Positions 31,765 to 42,028 are shown, counted from the first letter of the stretch. The stretch is DNA of 64,000 bases from a virus (IMGVR_UViG_3300020198_000887:78295-142294), one strand, 5' to 3'. Made by a program: numbers and translations. Notes: generated by a model from the sequence alone, not told the origin.

Positions 31765-33327
31765 CTATTCCTCTGTACCCTTAATTTTAGCAAATGTATC
31801 AGTAATGGTTGAATATTTTTTCCACAACTCTGCCGCTGATTTCGTTGTTTCATTGGGGGAATCATCAGTAGATTGGACCGTGTCAAAGAATGGACTTTTG
31901 GTCGTGTTGTACCGCGTTTCACCATCCCGGTCAGTATTTGCACTAGAAAATCTTAGTGGATCTAAATTTTCATGGTGGGGGTACGGTTCCTGTGTTGGTA
32001 TTCTTTTTAATATAGATGTATAATAAGCCGTTTCATCAACGTCTATATTACTTTTTGGCAATGCATATCGGGTTAACCGAGTTGCGCGGGCGGCGGTTGG
32101 TCCATTCATATGAATTTTACTCGCAGTTTCTTTATGTTCACCACCAGAATTTAAATGTAAATTATTTTTTGTAGTAATCTTCCCATCATTGCCAATTATT
32201 ATGTTAACATCACTCGCTGCTTCTACATGAAATGCCCCATCAGCATGCATATTAATATTTCGCGTTGCCTGAATATTCACATCACGCCCTGCAAAAAAAT
32301 TAAAATCTTGCTCAGTATGAATGCTGACAGAATCACTAGCATAAATGTCAATTTTCCCATTACTGGTCAATTCGATCCAAGATGTACCACGGCCATTTCC
32401 AATATAAATTAAATCTTCCGAATTATGTAGTAAAATTTGATGACCAGTTCGTGTCCTAAGTCTAATTAATTCATTATGTGGTATTGATATATCACCATCT
32501 GTGTCATCTTGCTCAACTGCTGCATATGATGGCCCAGCTTCTGCCGCAGATGCTTTTCTCAGAAACTTGTCATCTCCATCATCCATTACAAAAGTTGACC
32601 CACCCAATCTACTAACTGGTGCATTTCTAATTCTATGCTCCATTTTCCCAATTGGTCCGCGTCTTGCATTTTGTTTTTTATCCAACGGTCCTGGTGTACT
32701 AATACCAAACACCATGCTCGGTGTTTCTCGTCTGGCACTACTAGTTGTAATACCTCTGGTATCATCATATAATAATCCACTGTCATGTAATGCTACTGCA
32801 ATTGGATGATATGGTTTTTTTACTTTAGTAGGATCCATGGGTGTATTATTGACTTTTTTGTTATACTCTGATACTGGTGCCCTTGTATTTGGATCTATGT
32901 CATCTGGAATATTGGATATAAAATTAGTAGCAGCTAATCCAGGAACCATAAAATTCATATTCTCATCCTGAACACACCCTATCCAATAACCCATTTTTGG
33001 GTCCCCATCAATGAATATAACGACAACGGTAGTACCTGGGTCTGGTGGAATCATCCACATACCATAACTTTTTTGTGTATTATTATGGTCGTCTGGAATA
33101 TCCTCCCCTGCAACAGCATGCTCCACGCCAGTAACGCCATAAAATGGACTCATATACTTTACCTGATGTGTTTGTCCTTCCGATGAGGTATTACCAACTG
33201 GGCGTAATATTTCAACTTCTAATATACCCATGTATGTTGGGTCTAAATGGCTCACTACCTTTGCTAAAAACGGCCCCGGCCTTGGACTTGATTGTGATTT
33301 TGGTACGAAATCTTCATTATGCGCCAT
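31765..33327 (-). CDS. gp5: Baseplate hub / central spike, gp5 (VgrG-like), no lysozyme domain seen
   Basis: OB-fold (DPTYMGILEV; PPDPGTTVVVIFIDGD..GYWIG) and beta-helix (RTRTGHQILLHNSE..SWIELTSNGKIDIYA). Confidence 0.8.
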   Translation of the reverse strand: MAHNEDFVPKSQSSPRPGPFLAKVVSHLDPTYMGILEVEILRPVGNTSSEGQTHQVKYMSPFYGVTGVEHAVAGEDIPDDHNNTQKSYGMWMIPPDPGTTVVVIFIDGDPKMGYWIGCVQDENMNFMVPGLAATNFISNIPDDIDPNTRAPVSEYNKKVNNTPMDPTKVKKPYHPIAVALHDSGLLYDDTRGITTSSARRETPSMVFGISTPGPLDKKQNARRGPIGKMEHRIRNAPVSRLGGSTFVMDDGDDKFLRKASAAEAGPSYAAVEQDDTDGDISIPHNELIRLRTRTGHQILLHNSEDLIYIGNGRGTSWIELTSNGKIDIYASDSVSIHTEQDFNFFAGRDVNIQATRNINMHADGAFHVEAASDVNIIIGNDGKITTKNNLHLNSGGEHKETASKIHMNGPTAARATRLTRYALPKSNIDVDETAYYTSILKRIPTQEPYPHHENLDPLRFSSANTDRDGETRYNTTKSPFFDTVQSTDDSPNETTKSAAELWKKYSTITDTFAKIKGTEE

Positions 33328-33338
33328 AAAAATCCTTG

Positions 33339-35666
33339 TTATTTAAATTTATCTGAAACAAAACTAGTCACGTCCTTTGTTAATTCACCAGCCGCATTTC
33401 CTATTGAATTTAGGGGGTCATCGGCAACGTCTTGTAAAAATCCGTTAATATTCTTTAGTCCATGTGCCAATCCTTCTTCGCCTTGTTTAATTACATTCCC
33501 TAAATTAAACAATTCATTAGGGGTTGATTCGACATCCGATTCCTGCAATGGTATTCGGTATCCTTGAATGGTTTGCGTGAATTTTCCTTGTTTAAAGTTA
33601 TTAGTCACTATAGTAACTCTATACAACCCACTCCACGACATAACCGGACTAGTTTTAGTTTGATTTTCAAAACTATATAAACCAGTTGTTTGATTTATAT
33701 CAATTGGTGTTCTAAATTTAACAACTATGTGTACCTCGCCATTTTGATAATTAACACTACCATCTTCATTTATATTTGTATATTGCGTTGGTCTAGATGT
33801 ATAATTCCCAAGTCCACTATGTGCTATAAAATATGGGTCCCCTAATATTTCCATATTTAATGCCATCATGTCACCTTCACGTGTTATGGCATCATGAAAA
33901 TTTCTCGCTGCACGATTTGCGGCTCCTTGTATACCACCACCACCTTGACTTTCAGATTTAGATCCAACCGATATGTATTTTACAATTGTTGGGATGACAC
34001 CCAATGTCATATCAATAATTTTACCAGGTAACAAAAATATGCTGCTCTTTCCGTCACTAGCCGCCCCCCCAGTTTTTTCTTGGGTTTTTACATCTTGGTT
34101 ATTTTTTCCAGCATCTGCCTCCAATACATATGCAAATGAAGCAGAAAAGTCAATATCAAACCTTAATACATCAACATTTTTGCCAGTATACAAATACTCA
34201 TAATGTTTTACGGTTTGTTTCAACAATGAATTTATCCCTGGTGCCTTAACATTTGCCGGGGCCATCGCACTCACATGGTGATTTGCTGGAAGAATACGGT
34301 AAACAACAACCCTGGCTTTTTCCCCAGTGTTTTTTTGTTCTTTATCTGAAAGATCATATACTTGAACATCCACACGCCACCATTTTCTATATCCTTCTTC
34401 AGTCATATTTTCAGTTTTTAATGCTTCGGTTGGATATGCGCTCTGTAAGATAACTTGATTTATAGCATTTACAATATCGGTATTCTGCCTAAACCGCATA
34501 TCACTATTACTTTGGTCAACATTATTATTTCCACGAACATATAACTGACGTTTCTCATCCCATACAGCATTGTCCTTTGGGAATGGCGCATCCCCTTTTT
34601 TGGTTTCATCGAAACCCATTTTGGCTTTACCAATAAAGTTACAACTATCTACAGATTGCACTAATGTATCATTTATATCACTTCTGGAAACACCTAGTTT
34701 AGCTACTACGTTACCATCTGTTTTTTCAACAGCGTGTGTTGCAGCATTACCAGACGCAGGCGCAGCTGCATCGGCTTTAGATGGGTCTGACGATACTTCT
34801 TCTGGGAATAATATTACAATCTCATCGGCTACCTCGACCAACCCGTCTTTTTTAAGCTGCTTATTGCGTTGATTCAATACAGCTTGCAGACTTTTTTCCC
34901 CGGTTTGTAATACTTCTTGCACGGTCACGCCATTAACAGACACATCGCTTTTAAAATTTCCATATTGTTCTGTATAGGCTTTTGTATTAGTTGGTACACC
35001 CTCACAAACATATACCGTACCTGTTTCTTTAATTTTTGACGAAATAGTGGAAAAATTGAATGGAATGTATCTAGTAGAGTTTTGAATATTAACTAATGCT
35101 CCATCTTCTTTATTACCCCTAAATTCAATCTTTAATAAAAATGGTGCTGACCGCCAATTATCATAATGAGAATCCCATGCGGCCTGTTGACAAGCAATAG
35201 GAAACAAACCCATGCTATATGGCTCAGTTATTTCAAATGTGAGTTTGGCTGTATTTGTGTTAGACCCATCAACATACCCAATTTGTGTCATGAATGATAA
35301 ATTTTCAATAAAAAAATCAAACGACCCAAAAATAGTTTTTATTCTATTGTATGGGTCAGCATTTGCGGATTTGCATATTAAATTATCTAATGATGCTCCC
35401 TTAATATACGAATCATCTGGATTGTTTAGTTGTTCTTTCGTCAGCGGTGCCAAACTCAGCACGTAGTCATACGTTGCATAACTATGTAATGGATTTGGTA
35501 GTGGCAAGTTTAGTTCTGGAACTTTTGTAAATTTTAAACCAACAGAAGATAGCATTTCCGAAAACGAGTCTACTACCCCAGATAAGCCAGTTACATTTCC
35601 TATATCTGATACCGTATTTGAAACAAATTCTACTGCATCAGTTGCTGCATCTGTCAATATACTCAT
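33339..35666 (-). CDS. Baseplate hub protein (gp27-like)
   Basis: Position between gp53 and gp5; NPLHSYATYDY, FEITEPYS, EILGDPYF and GLYRVT.V.N.F.QGKFTQ motifs. Confidence 0.6.
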   Translation of the reverse strand: MSILTDAATDAVEFVSNTVSDIGNVTGLSGVVDSFSEMLSSVGLKFTKVPELNLPLPNPLHSYATYDYVLSLAPLTKEQLNNPDDSYIKGASLDNLICKSANADPYNRIKTIFGSFDFFIENLSFMTQIGYVDGSNTNTAKLTFEITEPYSMGLFPIACQQAAWDSHYDNWRSAPFLLKIEFRGNKEDGALVNIQNSTRYIPFNFSTISSKIKETGTVYVCEGVPTNTKAYTEQYGNFKSDVSVNGVTVQEVLQTGEKSLQAVLNQRNKQLKKDGLVEVADEIVILFPEEVSSDPSKADAAAPASGNAATHAVEKTDGNVVAKLGVSRSDINDTLVQSVDSCNFIGKAKMGFDETKKGDAPFPKDNAVWDEKRQLYVRGNNNVDQSNSDMRFRQNTDIVNAINQVILQSAYPTEALKTENMTEEGYRKWWRVDVQVYDLSDKEQKNTGEKARVVVYRILPANHHVSAMAPANVKAPGINSLLKQTVKHYEYLYTGKNVDVLRFDIDFSASFAYVLEADAGKNNQDVKTQEKTGGAASDGKSSIFLLPGKIIDMTLGVIPTIVKYISVGSKSESQGGGGIQGAANRAARNFHDAITREGDMMALNMEILGDPYFIAHSGLGNYTSRPTQYTNINEDGSVNYQNGEVHIVVKFRTPIDINQTTGLYSFENQTKTSPVMSWSGLYRVTIVTNNFKQGKFTQTIQGYRIPLQESDVESTPNELFNLGNVIKQGEEGLAHGLKNINGFLQDVADDPLNSIGNAAGELTKDVTSFVSDKFK

Positions 35667-35667
35667 T

Positions 35668-35970
35668 TTAAATACCTAATACATTTCGCAACTTACTATT
35701 TTTTGGTATGTATATGCTCACCCCTGGTTTAAAATCAAATATGGGATCTTGCAAGACGTCCAAGTTTCGCTGAATAAAAACCCACCACAACCCAGGATCA
35801 CCATACAAATCATATGCTAACAAGTCGGGACGGTACTTATATTGCGCTTCAATTGCATATAAATAATCATCTGGTTCAGAACTAACCGGACGAATTTTTA
35901 ATATATCCAAGTAATCCTGTGTAATACTGGTTCTAGACCAAGGACTGTTATTGCTGTATAATGCTGCCAT
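35668..35970 (-). CDS. gp53: Baseplate wedge protein gp53-like (LysM-like)
   Basis: YRPDLLAYDLYGDPGLWWVFIQRN..DP..F.PG..IYIP. Confidence 0.85.
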   Translation of the reverse strand: MAALYSNNSPWSRTSITQDYLDILKIRPVSSEPDDYLYAIEAQYKYRPDLLAYDLYGDPGLWWVFIQRNLDVLQDPIFDFKPGVSIYIPKNSKLRNVLGI

Positions 35971-35972
35971 AA

Positions 35973-36971
35973 TTAAATGAATCCATATGCACCGTTTAAA
36001 TACCCGCCAGTGACAAATCTATCTAAACTAAACTTTCTTACACTATCACGACTATAAACAGGTTGTAACGTAACTGTAAATTGGCTGTTAGTAGGTACAT
36101 GAGCAACCCCACCAGATGTAGTTCCACCTAATCCAAGAGAGCCGAACACCCCAGCAACCTGGCTTACACCGCCTGCCATGTTTGTTATTGAACTTGTTAT
36201 CCCACTTAACCCCGCAATCGTTTGTCCGTTTGCTGTTGCTAATCCACCAATAGTACTACTTAATCCACCAAACGAATCGGCAATTCCTGCGATTTCACCA
36301 GCCATGCTACCAGATACATTGCATCCAATGTAATCACAATCGTTTGGTAGCGTTGTAGTAAACCCAGTAACCACCACCGGGATATTTTTTAAAACATAAT
36401 TTCCATATCCATTTAAATACACAATAGGCGGTGGATTACCAGCTTTTGCATCGGCACCAGAAAACATTTTAGTCATTGAACGCAAATAATGAACTGCAGC
36501 AATCCAGTATAATGCTTGGGTAGAATCCTCCACGGGCATCGGCGCATTGATAATAATCTTCCCAGGATCACTATTTTGATACGCGTGAAAAGAATAATTA
36601 GAATGGGTTGGTGAAACAGGATTATATTTTGCCGAATGGTCAAGTTGAACTATTGGTGTATATGGGAATATCAATCCACCTGCTGCATTTAATGGGGATA
36701 GCACTGGACTAGTTCTGAAACTAGACCATTTTGGCAAACTCAATCGCACACGCCAATCATCAGAATTGGAATCACTAAATGATGCAATTGATGACATAAT
36801 ATCACCAATCGCTTCACCAGCTGCTGGAATATTGATACCCCGTATTGCAGAACCAAGACTATCTGCATTTGATATATTAGATATCAAATTACTAGCAGTA
36901 TTTGCAGCATTACTAAACGATGTTATTGCATTACCAACATTACCCATTGTGGTTTGTAAATCTTGAGCCAT
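35973..36971 (-). CDS. Baseplate tail-tube initiator/cap protein (gp48/gp54-like)
   Basis: Start revised to MAQDLQ (SD GAGGA, TATAAATA upstream); GLIFPYTP, GNPPPIVYLNGYG..NIPVVVT.F...LP.D.DYI motifs. Confidence 0.6.
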   Translation of the reverse strand: MAQDLQTTMGNVGNAITSFSNAANTASNLISNISNADSLGSAIRGINIPAAGEAIGDIMSSIASFSDSNSDDWRVRLSLPKWSSFRTSPVLSPLNAAGGLIFPYTPIVQLDHSAKYNPVSPTHSNYSFHAYQNSDPGKIIINAPMPVEDSTQALYWIAAVHYLRSMTKMFSGADAKAGNPPPIVYLNGYGNYVLKNIPVVVTGFTTTLPNDCDYIGCNVSGSMAGEIAGIADSFGGLSSTIGGLATANGQTIAGLSGITSSITNMAGGVSQVAGVFGSLGLGGTTSGGVAHVPTNSQFTVTLQPVYSRDSVRKFSLDRFVTGGYLNGAYGFI

Positions 36972-36991
36972 TATTATTCCTCTGTATGCTG

Positions 36992-36999
36992 TATTTATA
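36992..36999 (-). promoter_or_regulatory. Late promoter TATAAATA heading the baseplate operon
   Basis: Exact T4 late consensus 21 nt upstream of the 36971 ATG. Confidence 0.7.
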
Positions 37000-37085
37000 T
37001 GTGGAGCGTAAACCGGTGGGAACTTTAGGCGTGTAGCAGTTGACCGATTTCGATTAAGTCCTAATATTATTTTTTGTTTAAGGAC

Positions 37086-37113
37086 TTGACAAAATTGCAT
37101 TTTACGGTACAAT
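37086..37113 (+). promoter_or_regulatory. sigma70-type promoter for gp55 (TTGACA-16-TACAAT)
   Basis: Consensus -35, near-consensus -10, upstream of SD AAGGA and ATG 37136. Confidence 0.65.
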
Positions 37114-37135
37114 GATAGAACATAAGGACATTTTA

Positions 37136-37966
37136 ATGAGCATAAACCCAAGAAACTATCTTAACAACAAGGATTTACTTTTAGAGATTCATCGTTCAAA
37201 ATCATCATACTGTTTTTTTACAAAACCAGAATACCACCAATATGACATCATTTTACCCAGTTTGGATAAAATAAATATTCGGACAATAGCTGATGCCAAA
37301 CGTTCACACGCAAAACGATTAAGCGATGCAGAATTTATAAAAAGAAAAGCGTTAGGTGAAAAAACCAAACAAACAGATTGTGAAGTAAACTATAAAAAAA
37401 TAAACAAAACTGATTTAATTTTTAGAATTATGTCATATGACCATATTCCAATCAATAACATCAGAAAGAAAAATCCAAAAAATGAAGCAGACAAAAGGGA
37501 TAAAGTAAACTTTAAACCATTTCAACATTGGAAATTTGATGAGCATGATAATCTTGTTTGTGTTGGCAAAAGCCATTGGAAAGGTGATATAGAAAATGGT
37601 TTTTTTGATGCAAATGCAGGGAAAATGACTGATAATCTAGCAAAGATGATGTTAATGATGTGTGAAAGATATGCAACAAGAGGAAACGTGCGTGGCTATT
37701 CATATAACGATGAAATGAAAGGTCAAGCAATACTACAACTTGTCAGTATCGGATTACAATTTGATGAATCAAAATCTGATAACCCATTTGCATATCTTAC
37801 ATCATGTGTTATTAATAGCTTTGTAAGAATCATCAATGTAGAAAAACGACATCGTGAAATCAGAGATGATATCCTAGAAATGAATGGACTGAATCCTTCC
37901 TTCACCCGCACAAATTCAGGTGATTACGAAGCAAATGAACGAAGATACTCCGACGATTACGATTAA
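37136..37966 (+). CDS. gp55: Sigma factor for late transcription, gp55-like
   Basis: NYLNNKDLL N-terminus; YATRGNVRGYSYNDEM..A......FDESKSDNPFAYLT....NSF.R.I..EK; start revised to MSINPR. Confidence 0.85.
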   Translation: MSINPRNYLNNKDLLLEIHRSKSSYCFFTKPEYHQYDIILPSLDKINIRTIADAKRSHAKRLSDAEFIKRKALGEKTKQTDCEVNYKKINKTDLIFRIMSYDHIPINNIRKKNPKNEADKRDKVNFKPFQHWKFDEHDNLVCVGKSHWKGDIENGFFDANAGKMTDNLAKMMLMMCERYATRGNVRGYSYNDEMKGQAILQLVSIGLQFDESKSDNPFAYLTSCVINSFVRIINVEKRHREIRDDILEMNGLNPSFTRTNSGDYEANERRYSDDYD

Positions 37967-37980
37967 TCAGTTTCACCCAT

Positions 37981-38007
37981 AAAAACTGCACTACGTGCAG
38001 TTTTTTT
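37981..38007 (+). terminator. Intrinsic terminator (possibly bidirectional) after gp55
   Basis: AAAAACTGCAC-TAC-GTGCAGTTTTTTT. Confidence 0.8.
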
Positions 38008-38029
38008 CGTTCATTAATTACTCTGGATA

Positions 38030-38058
38030 TTGACTTCACAGATTATCTGTGGTATAAT
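38030..38058 (+). promoter_or_regulatory. sigma70-type promoter for gp47-gp46 (TTGACT-17-TATAAT, extended -10)
   Basis: TTGACT tcacagattatctgTGg TATAAT; spacer contains a perfect inverted repeat. Confidence 0.8.
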
Positions 38059-38087
38059 GGTACTATTCATATTTTGGAGATTATCTC

Positions 38088-39101
38088 GTGTCACAATTAT
38101 TTAAAAAAGCTGCGTGCTTTACCGACATTCATTATGGTGCAAAAAGTAATAGCGAAATTCACAACACCGACTGTTTAGATTTTACTAAATGGTTTATCAA
38201 AATGTCAAAGCAGCATGGATGTGACACTTGTATAATTTTAGGTGACTACCATAACAATAGGTCAACGATGAATATACGAACAATGGATTATATCCTTAAA
38301 AGTTTTGAACTTTTGAGTAACTGTTTTGAAACAGTATACCTAATTCAAGGAAACCACGACTTATTTTTCAAAGACAACCGTATTGTGTCCAGTATAAACT
38401 GGGCAGCACATATAAAAAATATAACAATTATAGATAATATAACATCAATCGGTAATGTTACATTATGCCCCTGGTTAGTTGGTGATGAATGGAAGTCATT
38501 AAAGAAAATATCTGGAAAATATATATTTGGACACTTTGAACTACCAGCATTCTTTATGAATTCATTAGTACAAATGCCAGACCACGGAGAAATTAGTCTA
38601 GAACATTTCCAAAATTATGAACTTGGTTTCAGTGGGCATTTTCATAAACGCCAATCTCGTGGAAATATGCATTACATTGGCAACGCATTTCCACATAATT
38701 ATGCAGATACCTGGGATGATGAACGCGGAATGATGATATTAGAATGGGGTGGAATACCAGAATATTATACATGGCCTGACCAACCAACATATAGAAATGT
38801 CACTTTAAGCCAGTTAATCGACAACTCTGATTCAATATTAAAACCAAAACAGCACTTACGAGTCACATTAGATATTGATATTAGTTTTGAAGAAGCCAGT
38901 TTTATTAAAGAAAACTATATCACAGAATATAATCTCAGGGAAATGACATTGATTGCCGAACGGAAAGTATCTGAAATCAACACTGACATCGATGTACAAG
39001 CATTTGAAAGTATCGATACAATTGTCGCCAATCAACTTATTAACATCGAATCTGATACATTCAACAAGTATTCTCTATTAGAAATTTATAACGAACTATG
39101 A
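38088..39101 (+). CDS. gp47: Recombination endonuclease subunit, Mre11/SbcD-like
   Basis: Metallophosphoesterase motifs FTDIHYG, LGDYHNNR, GNHD, FGHFE, SGHFH; GTG start with SD GGAG. Confidence 0.92.
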   Translation: MSQLFKKAACFTDIHYGAKSNSEIHNTDCLDFTKWFIKMSKQHGCDTCIILGDYHNNRSTMNIRTMDYILKSFELLSNCFETVYLIQGNHDLFFKDNRIVSSINWAAHIKNITIIDNITSIGNVTLCPWLVGDEWKSLKKISGKYIFGHFELPAFFMNSLVQMPDHGEISLEHFQNYELGFSGHFHKRQSRGNMHYIGNAFPHNYADTWDDERGMMILEWGGIPEYYTWPDQPTYRNVTLSQLIDNSDSILKPKQHLRVTLDIDISFEEASFIKENYITEYNLREMTLIAERKVSEINTDIDVQAFESIDTIVANQLINIESDTFNKYSLLEIYNEL

Positions 39102-40864
39102 TAATAATAAAAGAACTCACTGTAAAAAACTTCATGAGTGTTGGTAATGCTGCACAAGCAGTGACCTTTACATCAGAAAATATAACACTCGTCTTAGGTG
39201 AAAATTTAGACCAGGGCGGGGATGATGCAGGTTCAAGAAATGGTACTGGCAAAACAACCATTGTAAATGCATTAAGTTTTGCATTATACGGAGTTGCATT
39301 AACAAATATCAAAAAAGACAACCTTATCAATAAAATCAACAATAAAAATATGTTGGTGTCATTAACATTTGAAAAAGATGGGGTTGACTACAAAATAGAA
39401 CGCGGTAGAAAACCTGCTATTTTTAACTTCATTAATGTCAGTAACCCAATGGCATCCAGTGTTAGTCAAGGCGAATCAAGAGATACTCAAGAAGATATCA
39501 ACCATTTACTAGGAATGAGCCATGATATGTTTAAACATATATTGGCACTTAATACCTATTCTGATCCTTTTCTGTCAATGAGATCTAGTGACCAACGAGT
39601 TATAATTGAACAACTTTTAGGCATTACATTACTGAGTGAAAAATCCGAAGCGTTGAGCAAAGAAATTAAAAAAACAAAAGATTTGATTTTTCAAGAAAAT
39701 GCAAATTTAGAAGCAACAAAAAAAGCAAACGAAAAAATTCAGAATAGCATCGATACCCTGGTACTAAGTCAACGCGCGTGGAATTCTAAGCACAATACTG
39801 ACCTAGAGAAAATAGTAAAATCAATCGTTGATTTAGAAAGTCTTGACATCAATCGTGAACTCGAATTACACAGTGAATGGAAAATATATTCCGAATTTCG
39901 AACCAAATATAATAGTTTATCAAACGAAAAAAATACACTAGCAAATGCAGTTTCACAAGGGGCAAAAAACCTGGATAAATATTCATCTGAATTAGATATA
40001 TTATTCAGTAATAAATGCCCTATATGTAACCAAGAGTTGCACGATCATAAACACGATGAATTATCACAGATTGTCAACGCTAATATAACCGAATCACAAA
40101 AATATTACAATAAAGTAATAACAGATTATGAATTAATCATTAAAGATTTAGATGAGTTAGGTATGATGTCTGAACCAACTAGTACCTTTTATAACACCAT
40201 CGAAGAAGCGTTAACCCACCAAAATAACTTGCTGTCATTAACTACCCAACTCAATACAAAAGTAGTTGAATCTAATCCGTATGATGAACAAATTATCGAA
40301 TTAAAAAGTGAAGCATTACAAGACCTAGACTGGGACCATATAAATGAGCTTAATAAATTAAAAGATCACCAAGAATTTTTACAGAAATTATTAACGAACA
40401 AGGATAGTTTTATTCGTAAAAAAATTATTGACCAAAATCTTGCATATCTAAATAATAGATTGACATATTACCTTGACAAAATGGGCTTACCACACACCGT
40501 TATATTCCAGAATGATTTATCGGTTGAAATAACCCAACTTGGTCAGGAACTAGACTTCCACAATCTCAGTCGTGGTGAAATGACTAGGGTAACACTTGGA
40601 TTAAATTTTGCATTTCGGGATGTTTTTGAAAGTATATATTCAACTATTAATCTATTATTCATAGATGAACTAATTGACAATGGTTTAGATGCAAGTGGTG
40701 TTGAAAATAGTATTAGTATTATGAAACACATCAGCAGGGAACGAAATAAAAATATCTTTTTGATTAGTCATAAAGATGAACTATCAAACAGGGTCAACAC
40801 CATTTTAAAAGTAATCAAAGAAAATGGATTTACTGCATATCAATATCCAGAATATAATGATTGA
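39098..40864 (+). CDS. gp46: Recombination ATPase subunit, Rad50/SbcC-like
   Basis: KNFMSVGN, Walker A RNGTGKTT, zinc-hook CPIC, signature LSRGE, Walker B LLFIDE.ID.GLD, ISHK. Confidence 0.93.
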   Translation: MIIIKELTVKNFMSVGNAAQAVTFTSENITLVLGENLDQGGDDAGSRNGTGKTTIVNALSFALYGVALTNIKKDNLINKINNKNMLVSLTFEKDGVDYKIERGRKPAIFNFINVSNPMASSVSQGESRDTQEDINHLLGMSHDMFKHILALNTYSDPFLSMRSSDQRVIIEQLLGITLLSEKSEALSKEIKKTKDLIFQENANLEATKKANEKIQNSIDTLVLSQRAWNSKHNTDLEKIVKSIVDLESLDINRELELHSEWKIYSEFRTKYNSLSNEKNTLANAVSQGAKNLDKYSSELDILFSNKCPICNQELHDHKHDELSQIVNANITESQKYYNKVITDYELIIKDLDELGMMSEPTSTFYNTIEEALTHQNNLLSLTTQLNTKVVESNPYDEQIIELKSEALQDLDWDHINELNKLKDHQEFLQKLLTNKDSFIRKKIIDQNLAYLNNRLTYYLDKMGLPHTVIFQNDLSVEITQLGQELDFHNLSRGEMTRVTLGLNFAFRDVFESIYSTINLLFIDELIDNGLDASGVENSISIMKHISRERNKNIFLISHKDELSNRVNTILKVIKENGFTAYQYPEYND

Positions 40865-40891
40865 TATCATTCAACTTAATATAATAACAGT

Positions 40892-41242
40892 ATGGTAAGA
40901 AGAGTAGAACCAAAACAAGACTATGCACAAAGAATTTATAGTTGGCAATTAGAGCAGATTCCGTCCGATGATGAAACGCATGATAAATTAATCAACGCGT
41001 TTCAACAATATTATAAAGCAAATCTACAATGGATCCAATCTGGGACAAAACGATCAGCGCAAGATGCAAGGTATTGGTTGATGGAGATTCATACCCTAAC
41101 CAAACACCAACGTAAGTTTATTTTGGGCTGGATTAAAACAATCTCTGATAAAACCAACGCCGAACGCTCGTATAAATCAACTACGAAAAAACACAGAAAA
41201 CTAGCACAAATCCAGGGTAGAGCAATCCCAGACGACGAATAA
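40892..41242 (+). CDS. Hypothetical small basic protein (possible Hc1-like DNA-binding helix)
   Basis: 116-aa ORF; SGTKRSAQDARYWLMEIHTLTKHQRKFI loosely resembles Hc1-like phage proteins. Confidence 0.55.
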   Translation: MVRRVEPKQDYAQRIYSWQLEQIPSDDETHDKLINAFQQYYKANLQWIQSGTKRSAQDARYWLMEIHTLTKHQRKFILGWIKTISDKTNAERSYKSTTKKHRKLAQIQGRAIPDDE

Positions 41243-41275
41243 CTACAAAAAACCACTATCACCGTAATTTATTGT

Positions 41276-41283
41276 CCTAAATA
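41276..41283 (+). promoter_or_regulatory. Possible late promoter CCTAAATA for the GIY-YIG gene
   Basis: TAAATA box followed by AGGAG upstream of 41306. Confidence 0.35.
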
Positions 41284-41305
41284 TACAGGAGTATGGAATT
41301 ATGGT

Positions 41306-42010
41306 ATGGATTACGGGCATTGGTTATTCAACGTTGATTTTAATCCAGAAGATTGGTTTGGGTTTATTTATATAATCACTGAACTTGACACTGGGCGAAA
41401 ATATATAGGAAAGAAACAATTTTTTAACACAAATAGAAAAGTTGTTAAGGGAAAGAAAAATAAAAAAAAGGTAATTTCCGAATCAAATTGGAGGATTTAT
41501 ACTGGGTCTTCCAAAAATTTAAATTTTGAGATCTCTATTAAAGGTAACTCTAACTATATATTTGAAATATTATCATTACATAACTCCAAAGGCTCATTAC
41601 ATTATGCAGAAGTTGAATATCAAATTACACATAATGTTTTGCGTGAATTATTAGATGATGGTATAACCAAAAAATACTTCAATAGAGCTGTTTCAGGGGT
41701 TAAATTTATACCCCCCGCAGAAACTATGGATGAATCTAGAATATCAATTAGTAAAATTTTAGCAGGTGATGATTACACACAAGGTAAAATGACAATTGCT
41801 GATTACGATAACTGGTTTGAAAACCATCATACCACTATTTCTGAAGAAGTGTATGGTTTTGAAAAAACTGAAAAATTAAAAAAATTATTAAAAAATTACT
41901 CAATGGCAAACACACCTGTTAGCAAAGGCACCCGCAGCAAACCATCCACCCCAACCGAAAAATCAAAACCCCCAACCACAAAAAAAGTTAATAAAAAGGT
42001 TGCAAAATAA
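41306..42010 (+). CDS. GIY-YIG family endonuclease with basic low-complexity C-terminal tail
   Basis: GFIYIITELDTGRKYIGKK, ESNWRIYTGSS, conserved E (YAEVEYQ) and N (YFN). Confidence 0.85.
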   Translation: MDYGHWLFNVDFNPEDWFGFIYIITELDTGRKYIGKKQFFNTNRKVVKGKKNKKKVISESNWRIYTGSSKNLNFEISIKGNSNYIFEILSLHNSKGSLHYAEVEYQITHNVLRELLDDGITKKYFNRAVSGVKFIPPAETMDESRISISKILAGDDYTQGKMTIADYDNWFENHHTTISEEVYGFEKTEKLKKLLKNYSMANTPVSKGTRSKPSTPTEKSKPPTTKKVNKKVAK

Positions 42011-42028
42011 TGCGACTTACAGTATAAT
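42000..42028 (+). promoter_or_regulatory. sigma70-type promoter TTGCAA-17-TATAAT firing into a non-coding region
   Basis: TTGCAA aataatgcgacttacag TATAAT, overlapping the GIY-YIG stop codon. Confidence 0.75.

Noticed and set aside
436-36966. Many plus-strand ORFs antisense to the baseplate/fibre genes (e.g. 5641..6591, 4309..4881)
   Set aside because: Shadow ORFs arising from codon bias of Thr/Val/Ile-rich genes on the opposite strand
36972-37151. N-terminal extensions from the ORF track (35973..37151; likewise 37112, 44418 and 51483 starts)
   Set aside because: They overlap divergent genes or promoters; downstream ATGs have better SD/promoter context
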